From the NCBI GenBank assembly GCA_965206645.1, contig CBDBKE010000001.1, positions 1-64,000 of the forward strand: DNA of 64,000 nt. The letters run 5' to 3'. The notes under the pieces were generated by a model that made no database searches, was not told the DNA's origin, and saw only the letters and a list, made by a program, of their open reading frames with translations. The stretch comes from Terriglobia bacterium. Lineage in GTDB: Bacteria > Acidobacteriota > Terriglobia > JAJPHL01 > JAPKYU01. A program made the translations under genes and the position numbers. Of this stretch, positions 11,790 to 21,384 are shown one piece after another. Positions within the stretch are counted from its first letter, which is position 1. Every line of letters begins with the position of its first letter.

Positions 11790-12170
11790 CTACCCGGGAT
11801 CCTCCGCCACTATGTCCGACTCCTCGGCAAGCACGAGCCAGGGCTCGCCCCACTGCTCGGGGTCTTCCGTGTCCCACTCCTCGCCTTCACTGCCGCGCTT
11901 GAATCGAAGGCCCCAGTCGCCTCCGTAGAGCAGGAATGCGCTCCCTGCGCCGGAGTCGGAAATACGCGCGTAGTGCGCCGGGCACGGCGAGCCTCCGCCG
12001 TCGCTCTGCCAGCCCGTGACCCAGTGGAGCTCCTCAGGCCAGTGCGGACCCGCGATGCGCACCTGCACCACGCGAGCAGCGCGTCCCAGAAGCTGGTAGG
12101 TCATCAGTGGAAGGCCGGGGCAGTTGTCACTGTCCTCCACCTCCAGCGAGATGAAGCCCTGTCCCTCCAA
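11790..12170 (-). CDS. Hypothetical protein
   Basis: 126-aa ORF tightly packed between co-oriented neighbours; Trp/Gly-rich natural composition. Confidence 0.65.
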   Translation of the reverse strand: MEGQGFISLEVEDSDNCPGLPLMTYQLLGRAARVVQVRIAGPHWPEELHWVTGWQSDGGGSPCPAHYARISDSGAGSAFLLYGGDWGLRFKRGSEGEEWDTEDPEQWGEPWLVLAEESDIVAEDPG

Positions 12171-12172
12171 GG

Positions 12173-12415
12173 CTACTCCTCCTCGCCGGTGTCCAGGCCA
12201 AGCGACACAAGCTCGGCCCGCAGCGTTTCGGCCCAGTCCTCCAGCGGAACGGACACCGGCACCACAATCTCAACCTCGCCGGTTTCCAGCAGGCGCACGG
12301 CCCCGGGGTCCTCCTTGCCGAGAGGCACTGAGACCGACTCGCGGTCGATCCCCAGGTCGTCGGTTACCTCGAATATGAGGAACATGTCCTCCATCCCGAT
12401 GGTGTTATCTTCCAT
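12173..12415 (-). CDS. Small acidic hypothetical protein
   Basis: 80-aa ORF with GGAG RBS, ending 2 nt before the next gene. Confidence 0.65.
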   Translation of the reverse strand: MEDNTIGMEDMFLIFEVTDDLGIDRESVSVPLGKEDPGAVRLLETGEVEIVVPVSVPLEDWAETLRAELVSLGLDTGEEE

Positions 12416-12621
12416 TGCAGCGATTCACTCCGTTATGACGTGCCGGCGCGGCGTAGGTTGGAGTCCCGCGCATCGCGAAACCGGCCAAGGCGTATAGTAG
12501 CTGTGGGTTGCTGAGCGTCAACAAGCCTCACGCCCATACCAGTGGTGAGTTTTGCGGCGGGGACGCTTATGGGTTATCATGGGAGCGAAGCGCGGGGCGC
12601 TTCACGAACAGGTTTCGACGA

Positions 12622-12996
12622 ATGGAGGGCGGCTTGATAGTCCGGCCCGCGTACAGCCCGGAGCGCGAGCGAGAACGAGAGGGATCCGTTCCTCCGGGGC
12701 AGTTCGTCACCGACAAGTTTCCCGTCTTCACCTACGGCCGAACTCCCGAAATCGACATCTCGTCCTGGCGCTTGCGCTTGTTCGGTCTCGCGAACGACGT
12801 CACCCTTGCCTGGGAAGACCTCAAGGCCATGCCTCAGACGTCCCTCAGGGCGGACCTTCACTGCGTGACCCGTTGGAGCCGGCTGGACAACCTGTGGCAG
12901 GGCGTGGCCTTCCGCGAGGTGCTGCGGCTGGCCGACCCGTCGCCGGACGCCCGGTTCGTAACCATTCACTGCTACGGCGGATACACCACCAACCTG
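12622..12996 (+). CDS. Sulfite oxidase-like molybdopterin oxidoreductase (MsrP-like), 3'-truncated at a sequence junction
   Basis: PPGQ..TDKFPV, DLHCVTRWS Mo-ligand Cys, W.GV, GGYTTNL; homology stops abruptly after YTTNL. Confidence 0.8.
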
Positions 12997-12997
12997 G

Positions 12998-14002
12998 GCA
13001 ATCAACCACGAACCTGCGATCACCTTCATCCAAACCGGTCGGCAGGTCGTTGGGCGGCCGTGCATCGGATCCTGGATTTCCTATGGGCTCGGTAGTATGA
13101 ACCGCGACTTGCCCACGTTCGTGGTGATGAACGCCGAGAAGAGCCACCCCAAGGCAGGTGTGCAAGCGATTTCGGCAAAAATGTGGAACTCAGGGTTCCT
13201 TTCTCCGAAGTACGCCGGCGTAGGGCTCCGCGGAGGCGCAGAGCCGGTGCTGTACATCAGGGATCCGGATGGGGTTTCCAGGGACGTCCGGCGGGAGATG
13301 CTCGACGGCCTCAGCGAGCTGAATCAGATCCGGCACCAGAAGGTCGGCAACCCCGAAACACTGGCACGAATCGAGCAGTTTGAAATGGCTTTCCGGATGC
13401 AGTCGTCGGTGCCGGAAATGGGTGACCTCTCGAGTGAGCCGGAAAGCACCTTCAAGCGCTGGGGCGAGGAAGCGAGGCAGCCCGGCAAGTTCCAAAACGC
13501 GGCGCTGATGGCACGCCGGCTCGTCGAGCGCGGTGTGCGGTTTGTCCAGATCTATCACCGCGGCTGGGACGTACACGCCTTCGCGCCCGAAGTGCTCCCC
13601 GCACAGGCCAGAGACGTCGACCGCGCTGCCTGGGCCCTAATTCAGGATCTGAAGGAGCGCGGCCTCTTCGAAGACACGCTCGTCATTTGGGGCGGCGAGT
13701 TCGGGCGGACAATCTACTCCCAGGGCAAACTGACGCCGACCGATTACGGCCGCGACCACCATCCGCGCTGCTACAGCCTATGGATGGCCGGCGGCGGCAT
13801 CAAAGGCGGCGTCGTTCACGGCGAAACGGACGACTTCTCCTACAACATCGCCAAAGACCCGGTCCACATCCGGGATTTCCAAGCGACGATCCTGCACCTG
13901 TTTGGCATCGACCACGAGCGCTTCACCCACAGGCACCAAGGACTGGACGCCAAGCTGACAGGTGTCGAACCAGCGCACGTGGTGAAAGAAGTCCTGGCGT
14001 AA
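12998..14002 (+). CDS. DUF1501 (sulfatase-associated) family protein, 5'-partial
   Basis: The frame continues upstream of ORF 13097 as AINHEPAITFIQTG..GRPCIGSWISYGLGS. Also ARRLVERGVRFVQ, GWDVH, WGGEFGRT, GRDHHP. Confidence 0.9.
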   Translation, partial: AINHEPAITFIQTGRQVVGRPCIGSWISYGLGSMNRDLPTFVVMNAEKSHPKAGVQAISAKMWNSGFLSPKYAGVGLRGGAEPVLYIRDPDGVSRDVRREMLDGLSELNQIRHQKVGNPETLARIEQFEMAFRMQSSVPEMGDLSSEPESTFKRWGEEARQPGKFQNAALMARRLVERGVRFVQIYHRGWDVHAFAPEVLPAQARDVDRAAWALIQDLKERGLFEDTLVIWGGEFGRTIYSQGKLTPTDYGRDHHPRCYSLWMAGGGIKGGVVHGETDDFSYNIAKDPVHIRDFQATILHLFGIDHERFTHRHQGLDAKLTGVEPAHVVKEVLA

Positions 14003-14115
14003 AGTACTTGGTTTGAGTTGCATGGTCACCCTCAGGCGACCGCATTACCCTTCACGAAGACGTACTTGAATGTCGTCGAGAACTGGTCGAAAAGTTCCGG
14101 TAGCAGCCGGGTAGG

Positions 14116-14661
14116 TCAAAAACAGAAGTCCCAATCCGCAGATTCGCCGTCTGCAGTATCAGCTTGCTGGTGGGGGTCCACCGGTCTGTTGTTTTGCAGC
14201 TCCGCGTAGATGCCACGGTAGAACAGCAACGGATCACCCTCCCGTGAGTCCCCGGCTAGAACTTCCCCGATAAAAATGTCGTGGTCGCCGGCGGGCAGGA
14301 TCTCGACGACTCGACAATCTACAAACGCGAGCGCTTCGCGGAGGATGGGCGCCCCGCTAGCGACGACTTTCGTGGCGACGTCGGAGAAATCCTTTGGTCC
14401 GGGTTTCGCGAACCGGCGTGCCAGCGCTTCCTGATCAGCCGCCAGCACATTCACCGCGAAACACCTGTACTCGAGCAGCCCCTCCCGGGTCTGGTTGTGC
14501 CGGCCCACAGCCACCAGCACCAGTGGGGGGTTCAACGAAAGGGACAAGAAGGCATTCGCCGTCATGCCGTTGATGGATTCGCCGCCTCCGGTGGTGATCA
14601 GCGTCACCCCGGTAGCAAAGCATCCCATGATCCGACGCTGCGACATCGTATCCATAGTCAT
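14116..14661 (-). CDS. Flavin reductase family protein
   Basis: FATGVTLIT, GMTANAFLSLSLNPPLVLV, AGDHDIFIGEV, PLLFYRG. Confidence 0.92.
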   Translation of the reverse strand: MTMDTMSQRRIMGCFATGVTLITTGGGESINGMTANAFLSLSLNPPLVLVAVGRHNQTREGLLEYRCFAVNVLAADQEALARRFAKPGPKDFSDVATKVVASGAPILREALAFVDCRVVEILPAGDHDIFIGEVLAGDSREGDPLLFYRGIYAELQNNRPVDPHQQADTADGESADWDFCF

Positions 14662-14742
14662 AATTCCCCAGTCATGATTTCGCAGTCATAATTCCGCCGG
14701 TGGTCAACTCTTGGAGACAACAAACTGCAAGTATGCCAGGCC

Positions 14743-16125
14743 TTATTCCAGCGGTTTGAGATCAGCCAGCATCGTGGGGATCAGCTCTGACACGGTAGGG
14801 TGAATGTGCACAGCCCGCTGGATCACCGTGTAAGGCGCTTTGGCGTACATGATATCCAGGATGGAATGGATGATCTCGTCGCCGCCGATCCCTAGGATTG
14901 CTGCACCCAGGATCTCTTTGGACTCGGCGTGAACCAGGATACTCATGAACCCATGCGTTTCGCTTTTCTCCACCGCACGGCCAACGCGGGTCATGGGCCT
15001 TTTGGCCGTTAGCGCTTTCTGGCCGGATTTCCGCACCTGCGTTGCCGTCATCCCGGCTCGTCCCAGCGGCGGATCGACGTACAGAGCGTAGGCGGGAATG
15101 CGGTCACTCACGCGGCGAGGGTCATTATCTAGCAAATTGGCGGCTACGATCTCGTAGTCATTGTACGAGGTATGAGTAAAGGCCCCCTCTCCGTTGCAAT
15201 CGCCCAACGCCCAAACGCCGGGCACACTGGTGCAAAGTTGATCGTCCACAGCTATGTAGCCCCGTTGGTCCATCTCGATGCCTACCTTTTCCAGCCCCAG
15301 GTCTTCCGTGTTCGGGCGGCGCCCCACGGCAAGCAGTAGATGCGAACCCGTCACTTCCCTTGCGTCGCTGTCGCAATCTAGCTTCGCCGCCACCTTGTCG
15401 CCGCGTTTTCCCACACTGAAACACTTGGCATCGAGGCGGATGTTGACACCTTCGTTTTCGAGAATCTCCTTGGTTGCATCGGAGACGTCCTCGTCTTCGC
15501 GCTGGATCAGTCGCGGACCCATCTCGATGATGGTCACTTCGCTGCCGAAGCGCCGATACATCTGGCCGAACTCCAGGCCAACGTAGCTTCCGCCGATGAT
15601 GATCAGGTGCTCCGGGAGGAAGTCCACCGTCATCATGCTGGAGTTGGTGAGGTAATCCACACTATCGAGACCGGATATGGGCGGAATGAAGGCCCGCCCC
15701 CCAACGTTGATGAAGATCTTGTCCGCTTCCAGCAGCTTCTCACCGACACGGAGCCTGTGAGGATCCTCGAAACGTGCGTGGCCCTCATACACCGTGCCGT
15801 TCTCCATGTTCTTGAGCCGCTTTTCCACGCCTTCGTTGGACCTCCGCACTACGGCATCCTTGCGCGCCTTGACTTTCTTCATGTCCACGGCGATGGGGTC
15901 CTTGACCATAACGCCGAAGTCGGCACCCCGCTTCGCCATGTGGGCGACCCGGGCACTGGCCACCAGGGTCTTGGTGGGGATGCAGCCGGTGTTGACACAG
16001 GTGCCACCGAACAGATTGCGCTCAATGACAGCCACTTTCATCCCCGTTCCGGCCAACCTACCTGCCAGGGATGGTCCGGACTGCCCCGTGCCGATGATGA
16101 TCGCGTCATACCTATCAGCCGACAT
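14743..16125 (-). CDS. Class-I pyridine nucleotide-disulfide oxidoreductase (mercuric reductase/dihydrolipoamide dehydrogenase-like)
   Basis: GTGQSG, GGTCVNTGCIPTK redox disulfide, GGSYVGLE, HPTVSE. Probable start at MSADRY (16125). No C-terminal CC pair. Confidence 0.9.
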   Translation of the reverse strand: MSADRYDAIIIGTGQSGPSLAGRLAGTGMKVAVIERNLFGGTCVNTGCIPTKTLVASARVAHMAKRGADFGVMVKDPIAVDMKKVKARKDAVVRRSNEGVEKRLKNMENGTVYEGHARFEDPHRLRVGEKLLEADKIFINVGGRAFIPPISGLDSVDYLTNSSMMTVDFLPEHLIIIGGSYVGLEFGQMYRRFGSEVTIIEMGPRLIQREDEDVSDATKEILENEGVNIRLDAKCFSVGKRGDKVAAKLDCDSDAREVTGSHLLLAVGRRPNTEDLGLEKVGIEMDQRGYIAVDDQLCTSVPGVWALGDCNGEGAFTHTSYNDYEIVAANLLDNDPRRVSDRIPAYALYVDPPLGRAGMTATQVRKSGQKALTAKRPMTRVGRAVEKSETHGFMSILVHAESKEILGAAILGIGGDEIIHSILDIMYAKAPYTVIQRAVHIHPTVSELIPTMLADLKPLE

Positions 16126-16225
16126 TCGTTGGCCCTCCCTATGGGTAGAAATTGGACTGAGTATAATACAATTGATGTCAGCTTCCCGGCCATCCTCGCC
16201 AAGAATCGTAGCGGCAGGTGCGTGA

Positions 16226-17521
16226 ATGCGGTCCTCGGAACTAATTTCAATGCTAGTGGATTCGCGCAAGCGAAGCCTCGAACTGTTGGCGGACCTGACG
16301 GACGAGCAGTTGAAAACGCCGTTGCTGCCGGTCATCAATCCGCCCATCTGGGAGATCGGCCACGTCGCCTGGTTCCAGGAAAGGTGGGTGCTTCGGCACT
16401 TGCAGGGTAAGCCGCCCATTCTTTCTCAGGCCGATTCTCTCTGGGACTCTGCCGCGGTTTCGCACGACACTCGCTGGGATTTGCCGCTCCTGTCGCGTGC
16501 CGAAACCCAGAGTTTCGCCCAGGAGGTCCTCAATCGGGTGATTGAGACGCTACCCCCGGGTGATGTGGCCGAAAGCGAAGCGTACTTTTACTGGCTGGTG
16601 GTGATGCACGAGGACATGCACGGAGAAGCATTCACTTATACTCGACAGACACTCGGCTATCCGGCGCCTGTGCTCTCAGTGGGTGCGCGCCAGAGGTTCG
16701 GCTCCGCAGTTCCGAACGATGCCCCTGGTACTGTCTCCATCCCGGGTGGAAACTTTCTCCTCGGTGCTACACCAGATGAGATTTTCGTCTTCGACAACGA
16801 GAAATGGGGTCACAAGGTTTACGTGGAGCCGTTTGCGGTTGCGAGCACGCCGGTCACGAATCGCCAGTTTGCCGATTTTGTGGACGACGGCGGTTACCGC
16901 ATGCATCAATTTTGGAGCGAAGAGGGATTCGCCTGGCTCAAGAAGGAGGGCGCCGAGCATCCGCTCTACTGGATTCGGAACTCCGGCGGCTGGTTGCAGC
17001 GGCACTTCGACCGGATTGTGCCGCTCGCCGAGAACCTCCCGATCATTCACGTCAACTGGTATGAGGCCGAAGCCTACTGCCGCTGGACCGGTTGCCGGTT
17101 GCCCACCGAAGCCGAATGGGAGCTAGCGGCTGGGGCTGAGCCGGCTTCCGGCGGAATCTCGGAGTCCCGGCGCCGATACCCGTGGGGTGACGATCCACCC
17201 ACGTCGGAACGGGCTCACCTCGATGCGCTCGGCATCGGTTGCCTGCCGGTAAGGGCCCTGGCGTCTGGGGACAGCGCCTTTGGCTGCCGCCAGATGATTG
17301 GCAACGTATGGGAATGGACGGCGACGGAATTCCAACCGTATCCGGGCTTCGTTGTTGACCCCTACAAAGAATACTCGCAGCCCTGGTTCACACCCGCGCA
17401 CAAGGTTCTCCGAGGCGGGAGCTGGGCCACTCGCTCACGGCTGATCCGCAACACCTGGCGCAGTTTCTACACAAAAGACCGCCGGGATGTTTTCGCCGGT
17501 TTTCGCACCTGCGCGCAGTGA
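16226..17521 (+). CDS. senA: Selenoneine synthase SenA (EgtB-like, DinB_2 plus FGE-sulfatase domains)
   Basis: 'INPPIWEIGHVAWFQERW', Fe-binding HEDMHGE, FDNE, RLPTEAEWE, GNVWEW, YKEYSQPWF, FAGFRTC. Lies next to a senB gene. Confidence 0.82.
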   Translation: MRSSELISMLVDSRKRSLELLADLTDEQLKTPLLPVINPPIWEIGHVAWFQERWVLRHLQGKPPILSQADSLWDSAAVSHDTRWDLPLLSRAETQSFAQEVLNRVIETLPPGDVAESEAYFYWLVVMHEDMHGEAFTYTRQTLGYPAPVLSVGARQRFGSAVPNDAPGTVSIPGGNFLLGATPDEIFVFDNEKWGHKVYVEPFAVASTPVTNRQFADFVDDGGYRMHQFWSEEGFAWLKKEGAEHPLYWIRNSGGWLQRHFDRIVPLAENLPIIHVNWYEAEAYCRWTGCRLPTEAEWELAAGAEPASGGISESRRRYPWGDDPPTSERAHLDALGIGCLPVRALASGDSAFGCRQMIGNVWEWTATEFQPYPGFVVDPYKEYSQPWFTPAHKVLRGGSWATRSRLIRNTWRSFYTKDRRDVFAGFRTCAQ

Positions 17522-17550
17522 GTGCCGCAGGGTAGCGGCGCCGAAAATGT

Positions 17551-18561
17551 CTATTGAGGCAAGTCGCGGAAAGAAAACTGGTACTCGACGCCCGTGAAGG
17601 TTTTACCGGCGAATTCCGCGTAGGGATAGATGAAGAAGTTGAGCGGTTTACCCTGCTGGGCGGGGTTGAAACGGATATCGCGCCCGCGGGTGAAGAGCAC
17701 GCGGTGCTCATCGTGGGCACCGAAGAAGTAATTCCGCCGGGCGGGATCCTTCCAGGCGTCGGATGCATCCACCGGCACCCAGCCTACCCCCTCGAGATAG
17801 AATTGCGCCCAGCAGTGGTAACCCGCTATTTCGCCCGCATTTTGATTGTGCGGTATCGGAAAGCCGATCTCAAATCGTGCGGGAATGCCCGCAGCGCGCA
17901 TCATTCCGATGAGTAGGGCGTGGAAGTCGGTGCAATTGCCTTTGCGAACATTGCAGGCGTAAATAGCGTCGCCGCGCCCCCACCCTTGGCCGGACTTATC
18001 GTAGCGTACCGTTGAGACTACATAGTTGTAGATGGCGCGCGCCTTGTCGAGGGGCTGCTCCAGTCCGCGGGTTTCCTTCTTGGCCAACGCCGCGATCATG
18101 CCATCGATGGGCACCAGACGGTCGGGCTGGAGGAACCGCGACATCTCGGCGGGTTTCCTCTGGATTGCGTTCGGATGTCTTGCGGGTTCCTCCGGCGTCA
18201 CGCGGTGTTCGCGGCGTTCCACTTGCAGGTGCATGCGCACTTCGATGGGGATCGTGACCAAGTGTGGGTCGACCTCCAGATAAGCATATTGATTATCGTA
18301 CTCCGGGTCGCGGTGCAACTCGTACGGAACCGTACTATCAATCGTGAGGTGGGAAATCTCCTGCTGGCCGTTCGACTCTGGGACCGGAATCCACAGCCGC
18401 AGCTTCCCCGCCTGCTCTGGGGCCGCGGGGATACGCGTAACATAGTGGAACTCGAACGTGCGCGTCCGAATCTGTGCTTGATGACGCCACCAGAGGAGAA
18501 ACGCCGAAGTGGCAATCCCAAGCATCAGAAACAGCAGCACAAGCTTGCCTGGGCGGTTCAT
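17551..18561 (-). CDS. Transglutaminase-like domain protein with N-terminal membrane anchor
   Basis: Cys-His-Asp triad: GNCTDFH, YHCWAQFY, WVPVDAS; hydrophobic N-terminus. Confidence 0.88.
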   Translation of the reverse strand: MNRPGKLVLLFLMLGIATSAFLLWWRHQAQIRTRTFEFHYVTRIPAAPEQAGKLRLWIPVPESNGQQEISHLTIDSTVPYELHRDPEYDNQYAYLEVDPHLVTIPIEVRMHLQVERREHRVTPEEPARHPNAIQRKPAEMSRFLQPDRLVPIDGMIAALAKKETRGLEQPLDKARAIYNYVVSTVRYDKSGQGWGRGDAIYACNVRKGNCTDFHALLIGMMRAAGIPARFEIGFPIPHNQNAGEIAGYHCWAQFYLEGVGWVPVDASDAWKDPARRNYFFGAHDEHRVLFTRGRDIRFNPAQQGKPLNFFIYPYAEFAGKTFTGVEYQFSFRDLPQ

Positions 18562-18639
18562 TCGGGAAGTCTACTCTCTTTACCAAGTCTGACCGCAAAC
18601 CGCAACGTCTTTGTCGGGGCTGCATTGGCGAGGCCGGGG

Positions 18640-19626
18640 TTACCGGGTGCGCGGATTCAGCTCGCTTAGCAGCTTTCTCCACCGAGCGCTTTCGTGCGAT
18701 GGCCGGAAAAGAGGTGCCCGTCGAGAGCACCACGATTTCAACCGCCCGTAGAACTCCCGGTCTGATTCTGCTCGAACCAGCAAACGTACCAACGCGTCCG
18801 TGTCCCTGACGGGGAAATAGCCGGGATAGCCCGTGCCCAGCAGACCAACCGAGCCAGGGATGCGCGACGAAAGCACCGGAACGTGGTCGACCATGGCTTC
18901 CGAAATCACGTTGGCGCCGCCTTCCATGAGCGAACTCAACACGAGGAGACGGCTGGCCGCGATCAGTCGTCGCGCTTGCACTCGAGGGATTCCTTGCAGC
19001 CATCGGTAGCGCGGGTTTCGGCTCGCTTCGGCTCGCGCCTGCTGGGCCATTGCCTCCGCCATCGCCGTGCCTGCTTGCAGTATCCGGATCCTGGACGAGA
19101 CCGGCAGATGCCGGCTGGCGAGGGCAGCGCGAAAGGGGTCCTTCACCTTTCGCAGGTGACCAACGACACAGACATCAAAGAAACTCGACCGGCTGGAAAC
19201 CTGGCGTCTCGTGCCTCGAGTAGCTGATTTCTTCGTCTTCTCTACAGACTGGTAGATGACCTGGGCTTTTCGCCGCAGATGGGAGGGGAGTTCTTTCAGG
19301 GCAAGAGGCTGAAACACAACTAGACGCGTGGCCAGTTCAACTATCTGCCGTGCGCGCCGTTCGCGGCGGAAGTCGCGATAGAGATCGGTGCCCGTCAGAG
19401 CGACAATGACAGGCCGGTCAGGATACCGGTCGTGGAATCGAAACACGGGCTCCGCACTGCGCCGGGCATGCAGGGCGATCAAGAGGTCGCAGAGGGTGCC
19501 TTCGTACTGTTGCGCGATGCTCACGCGATGGCCCAGCCCCTTCAGAATCCTTCCCCACCGAAGCGCTGTGACCCTGTTGCCATAGAGGGTTCCCGGCGGT
19601 GCTGGGCAGATCAGTTCAATCCGCAT
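18640..19626 (-). CDS. senB: Selenosugar synthase SenB (TIGR04348-type glycosyltransferase)
   Basis: 'PAPPGTLYGNRVTALRW', 'IALHARRSA', 'LTGTDLY', 'GHLRKVKDPF', 'SLMEGGANV', 'GSVGLLG..YPGYF' match my recollection of this family. Confidence 0.87.
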   Translation of the reverse strand: MRIELICPAPPGTLYGNRVTALRWGRILKGLGHRVSIAQQYEGTLCDLLIALHARRSAEPVFRFHDRYPDRPVIVALTGTDLYRDFRRERRARQIVELATRLVVFQPLALKELPSHLRRKAQVIYQSVEKTKKSATRGTRRQVSSRSSFFDVCVVGHLRKVKDPFRAALASRHLPVSSRIRILQAGTAMAEAMAQQARAEASRNPRYRWLQGIPRVQARRLIAASRLLVLSSLMEGGANVISEAMVDHVPVLSSRIPGSVGLLGTGYPGYFPVRDTDALVRLLVRAESDREFYGRLKSWCSRRAPLFRPSHESARWRKLLSELNPRTR

Positions 19627-19919
19627 CGGTTTGCTGCATCATCCGGAATCTCCGATTTGGGTTTCCCGTGTGTTGCTACAGCATTCCTACCCTGAACGCA
19701 AGCAATTTAGCGCTGGAAGGCAGGCTCCAACGGCCTCCGCGCCCAATTCTAGATTCACTTGGCAGCCCTCCTGACAGGTAAGATTGCAATTGTCCCACTC
19801 CCGAAGACGGCAGTCCAAGGCATTCCGAGGTGGCTGATGGTTTCTATTCGAACTTTGAGGCTTGTCAATCGACGTTTGGGGGTGTAGGCTAAGCGCCGTA
19901 CAGCGGAGGAGGTACGTTT

Positions 19920-21308
19920 ATGAGACAGCGGGAACTGGGACGCCGTGAGTTTCTGCGGTCCGCCGGAGTGGGCGCGGCCGCGCTGGGGAGCGCACCCATC
20001 TGGAGCTGGGCCAGCGAGCGACGGGGTCCGCCAACCGGAGCGGCGAAGGGTGAGCAAGGTTGGGCAAGCATCCCCACCCGGGAGCATTTTGGCGACGAGG
20101 AAGAGCGCCTGCAGATTCCTCCCTCCTGGGACCTGACCGTGTACCACATGGCCGGCAGCAAAGCGCCGGTCCTGAGCGCGGAACAGATTGGCCAACGCAT
20201 TGAAGCACCCATCGGCACCAAGCGCCTGGCCGATATCGCCCGCGGAAAGAGCACCGCCCTCATCACTTTCGACGACCTGACCCGGCCCACCCCCGCGTTC
20301 GAGGTGGTGCCGCAAATCATCGAGGAGCTGAAGCTGGGCGGCATCAAGGACGACGGCATCCTGTTCCTGACCTCCTACGGGACGCATCGCCCGCTGGCGC
20401 AGAATGAAGCGAAGCGCAAGCTGGGCGCCGAATATGCGGACAAGTACCCCTGGCTGAACCACAACATCTATGAGAATCTGACCGACATCGGGCGCACGTC
20501 CCGCGGTAACCGCATCAAGATCAACCGACGATTCATGCAGGCTGACGTGCGAGTTACCATCAGTGGCATCAAGCCGCACGGCCTGGCCGGCTACGGCGGC
20601 GGCGCTAAAGCGATCCTGCCGGGCGTCACCTGGGTCGAATCGATTCACTACTTTCACCGCACGATCGCCGGGGTGGGGGACAACCGCAACAAAACGGTCG
20701 GCCCACTCAAGATCTTCAAGAACGAATGCCGGTTGGACATGGTGGAAGCCGCACGGATGGCGCAGGTGGATTTCAGTGTGCAAATTGCTTGCAACGGGTA
20801 CCGCAAGGTCATCGGGGTGTATGCCGGGGACATCGTGGAAGCGCACCATGCCGCTTGCCGCGAAGCAAACCGTCTGCTGCGGACCGAACGCGCGCGTAAT
20901 GCCGACGTGGTTCTGGTCAACGCCTACCCGCAAAACGCGCAGGCAGCCAACAGCCTGCCCTGGGTGCACTCCTGCCTGCGAGATGGTGGCACCGCCGTGC
21001 TCATTACTCAAAACCCCCAAGGGCAGGAGAGCTGGCACTACGCCCGTGAACGCTGGACCTACGACGCCCGCCCTTTCTACGAAACCACCCATCCGTCGAG
21101 ATGGGACGTGAAACAGGCCGGGCAGTTCATTGTTTACTCCTCCTACCTGCAAGCCCGGGACAAGATCAAATTCCCGGCCCGTACCGTTTTTACAAGCACC
21201 TGGGCCGATACCGTGGCGGCCATCCAGAAGGCTCATCGCCGCGAGGCCAGCGTGGCGTTGTACCCCTACGCCGCAATCCAGCACCCGCCGGGCGAGTTGG
21301 ACGGGTAG
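19920..21308 (+). CDS. Lactate racemase (LarA) family nickel-pincer enzyme with a twin-arginine signal
   Basis: DDLTRP, GTHR, PHGLAGYGGGAKAILPG motifs; N-terminal GRREFLRS plus hydrophobic stretch; GGAGG RBS. Confidence 0.85.
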   Translation: MRQRELGRREFLRSAGVGAAALGSAPIWSWASERRGPPTGAAKGEQGWASIPTREHFGDEEERLQIPPSWDLTVYHMAGSKAPVLSAEQIGQRIEAPIGTKRLADIARGKSTALITFDDLTRPTPAFEVVPQIIEELKLGGIKDDGILFLTSYGTHRPLAQNEAKRKLGAEYADKYPWLNHNIYENLTDIGRTSRGNRIKINRRFMQADVRVTISGIKPHGLAGYGGGAKAILPGVTWVESIHYFHRTIAGVGDNRNKTVGPLKIFKNECRLDMVEAARMAQVDFSVQIACNGYRKVIGVYAGDIVEAHHAACREANRLLRTERARNADVVLVNAYPQNAQAANSLPWVHSCLRDGGTAVLITQNPQGQESWHYARERWTYDARPFYETTHPSRWDVKQAGQFIVYSSYLQARDKIKFPARTVFTSTWADTVAAIQKAHRREASVALYPYAAIQHPPGELDG

Positions 21309-21384
21309 GTTTGGCGAGTCCGGAGCCAGGGGCGGATCCCGCAGGCGGTACCCTTGGTCAATTGTTTCCGGCGAGGGGACAGCC

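Noticed and set aside
14743-16125. Calling the flavoprotein mercuric reductase MerA
   Set aside because: No N-terminal HMA domain, no C-terminal Cys-Cys pair, and no merR/T/P neighbours.
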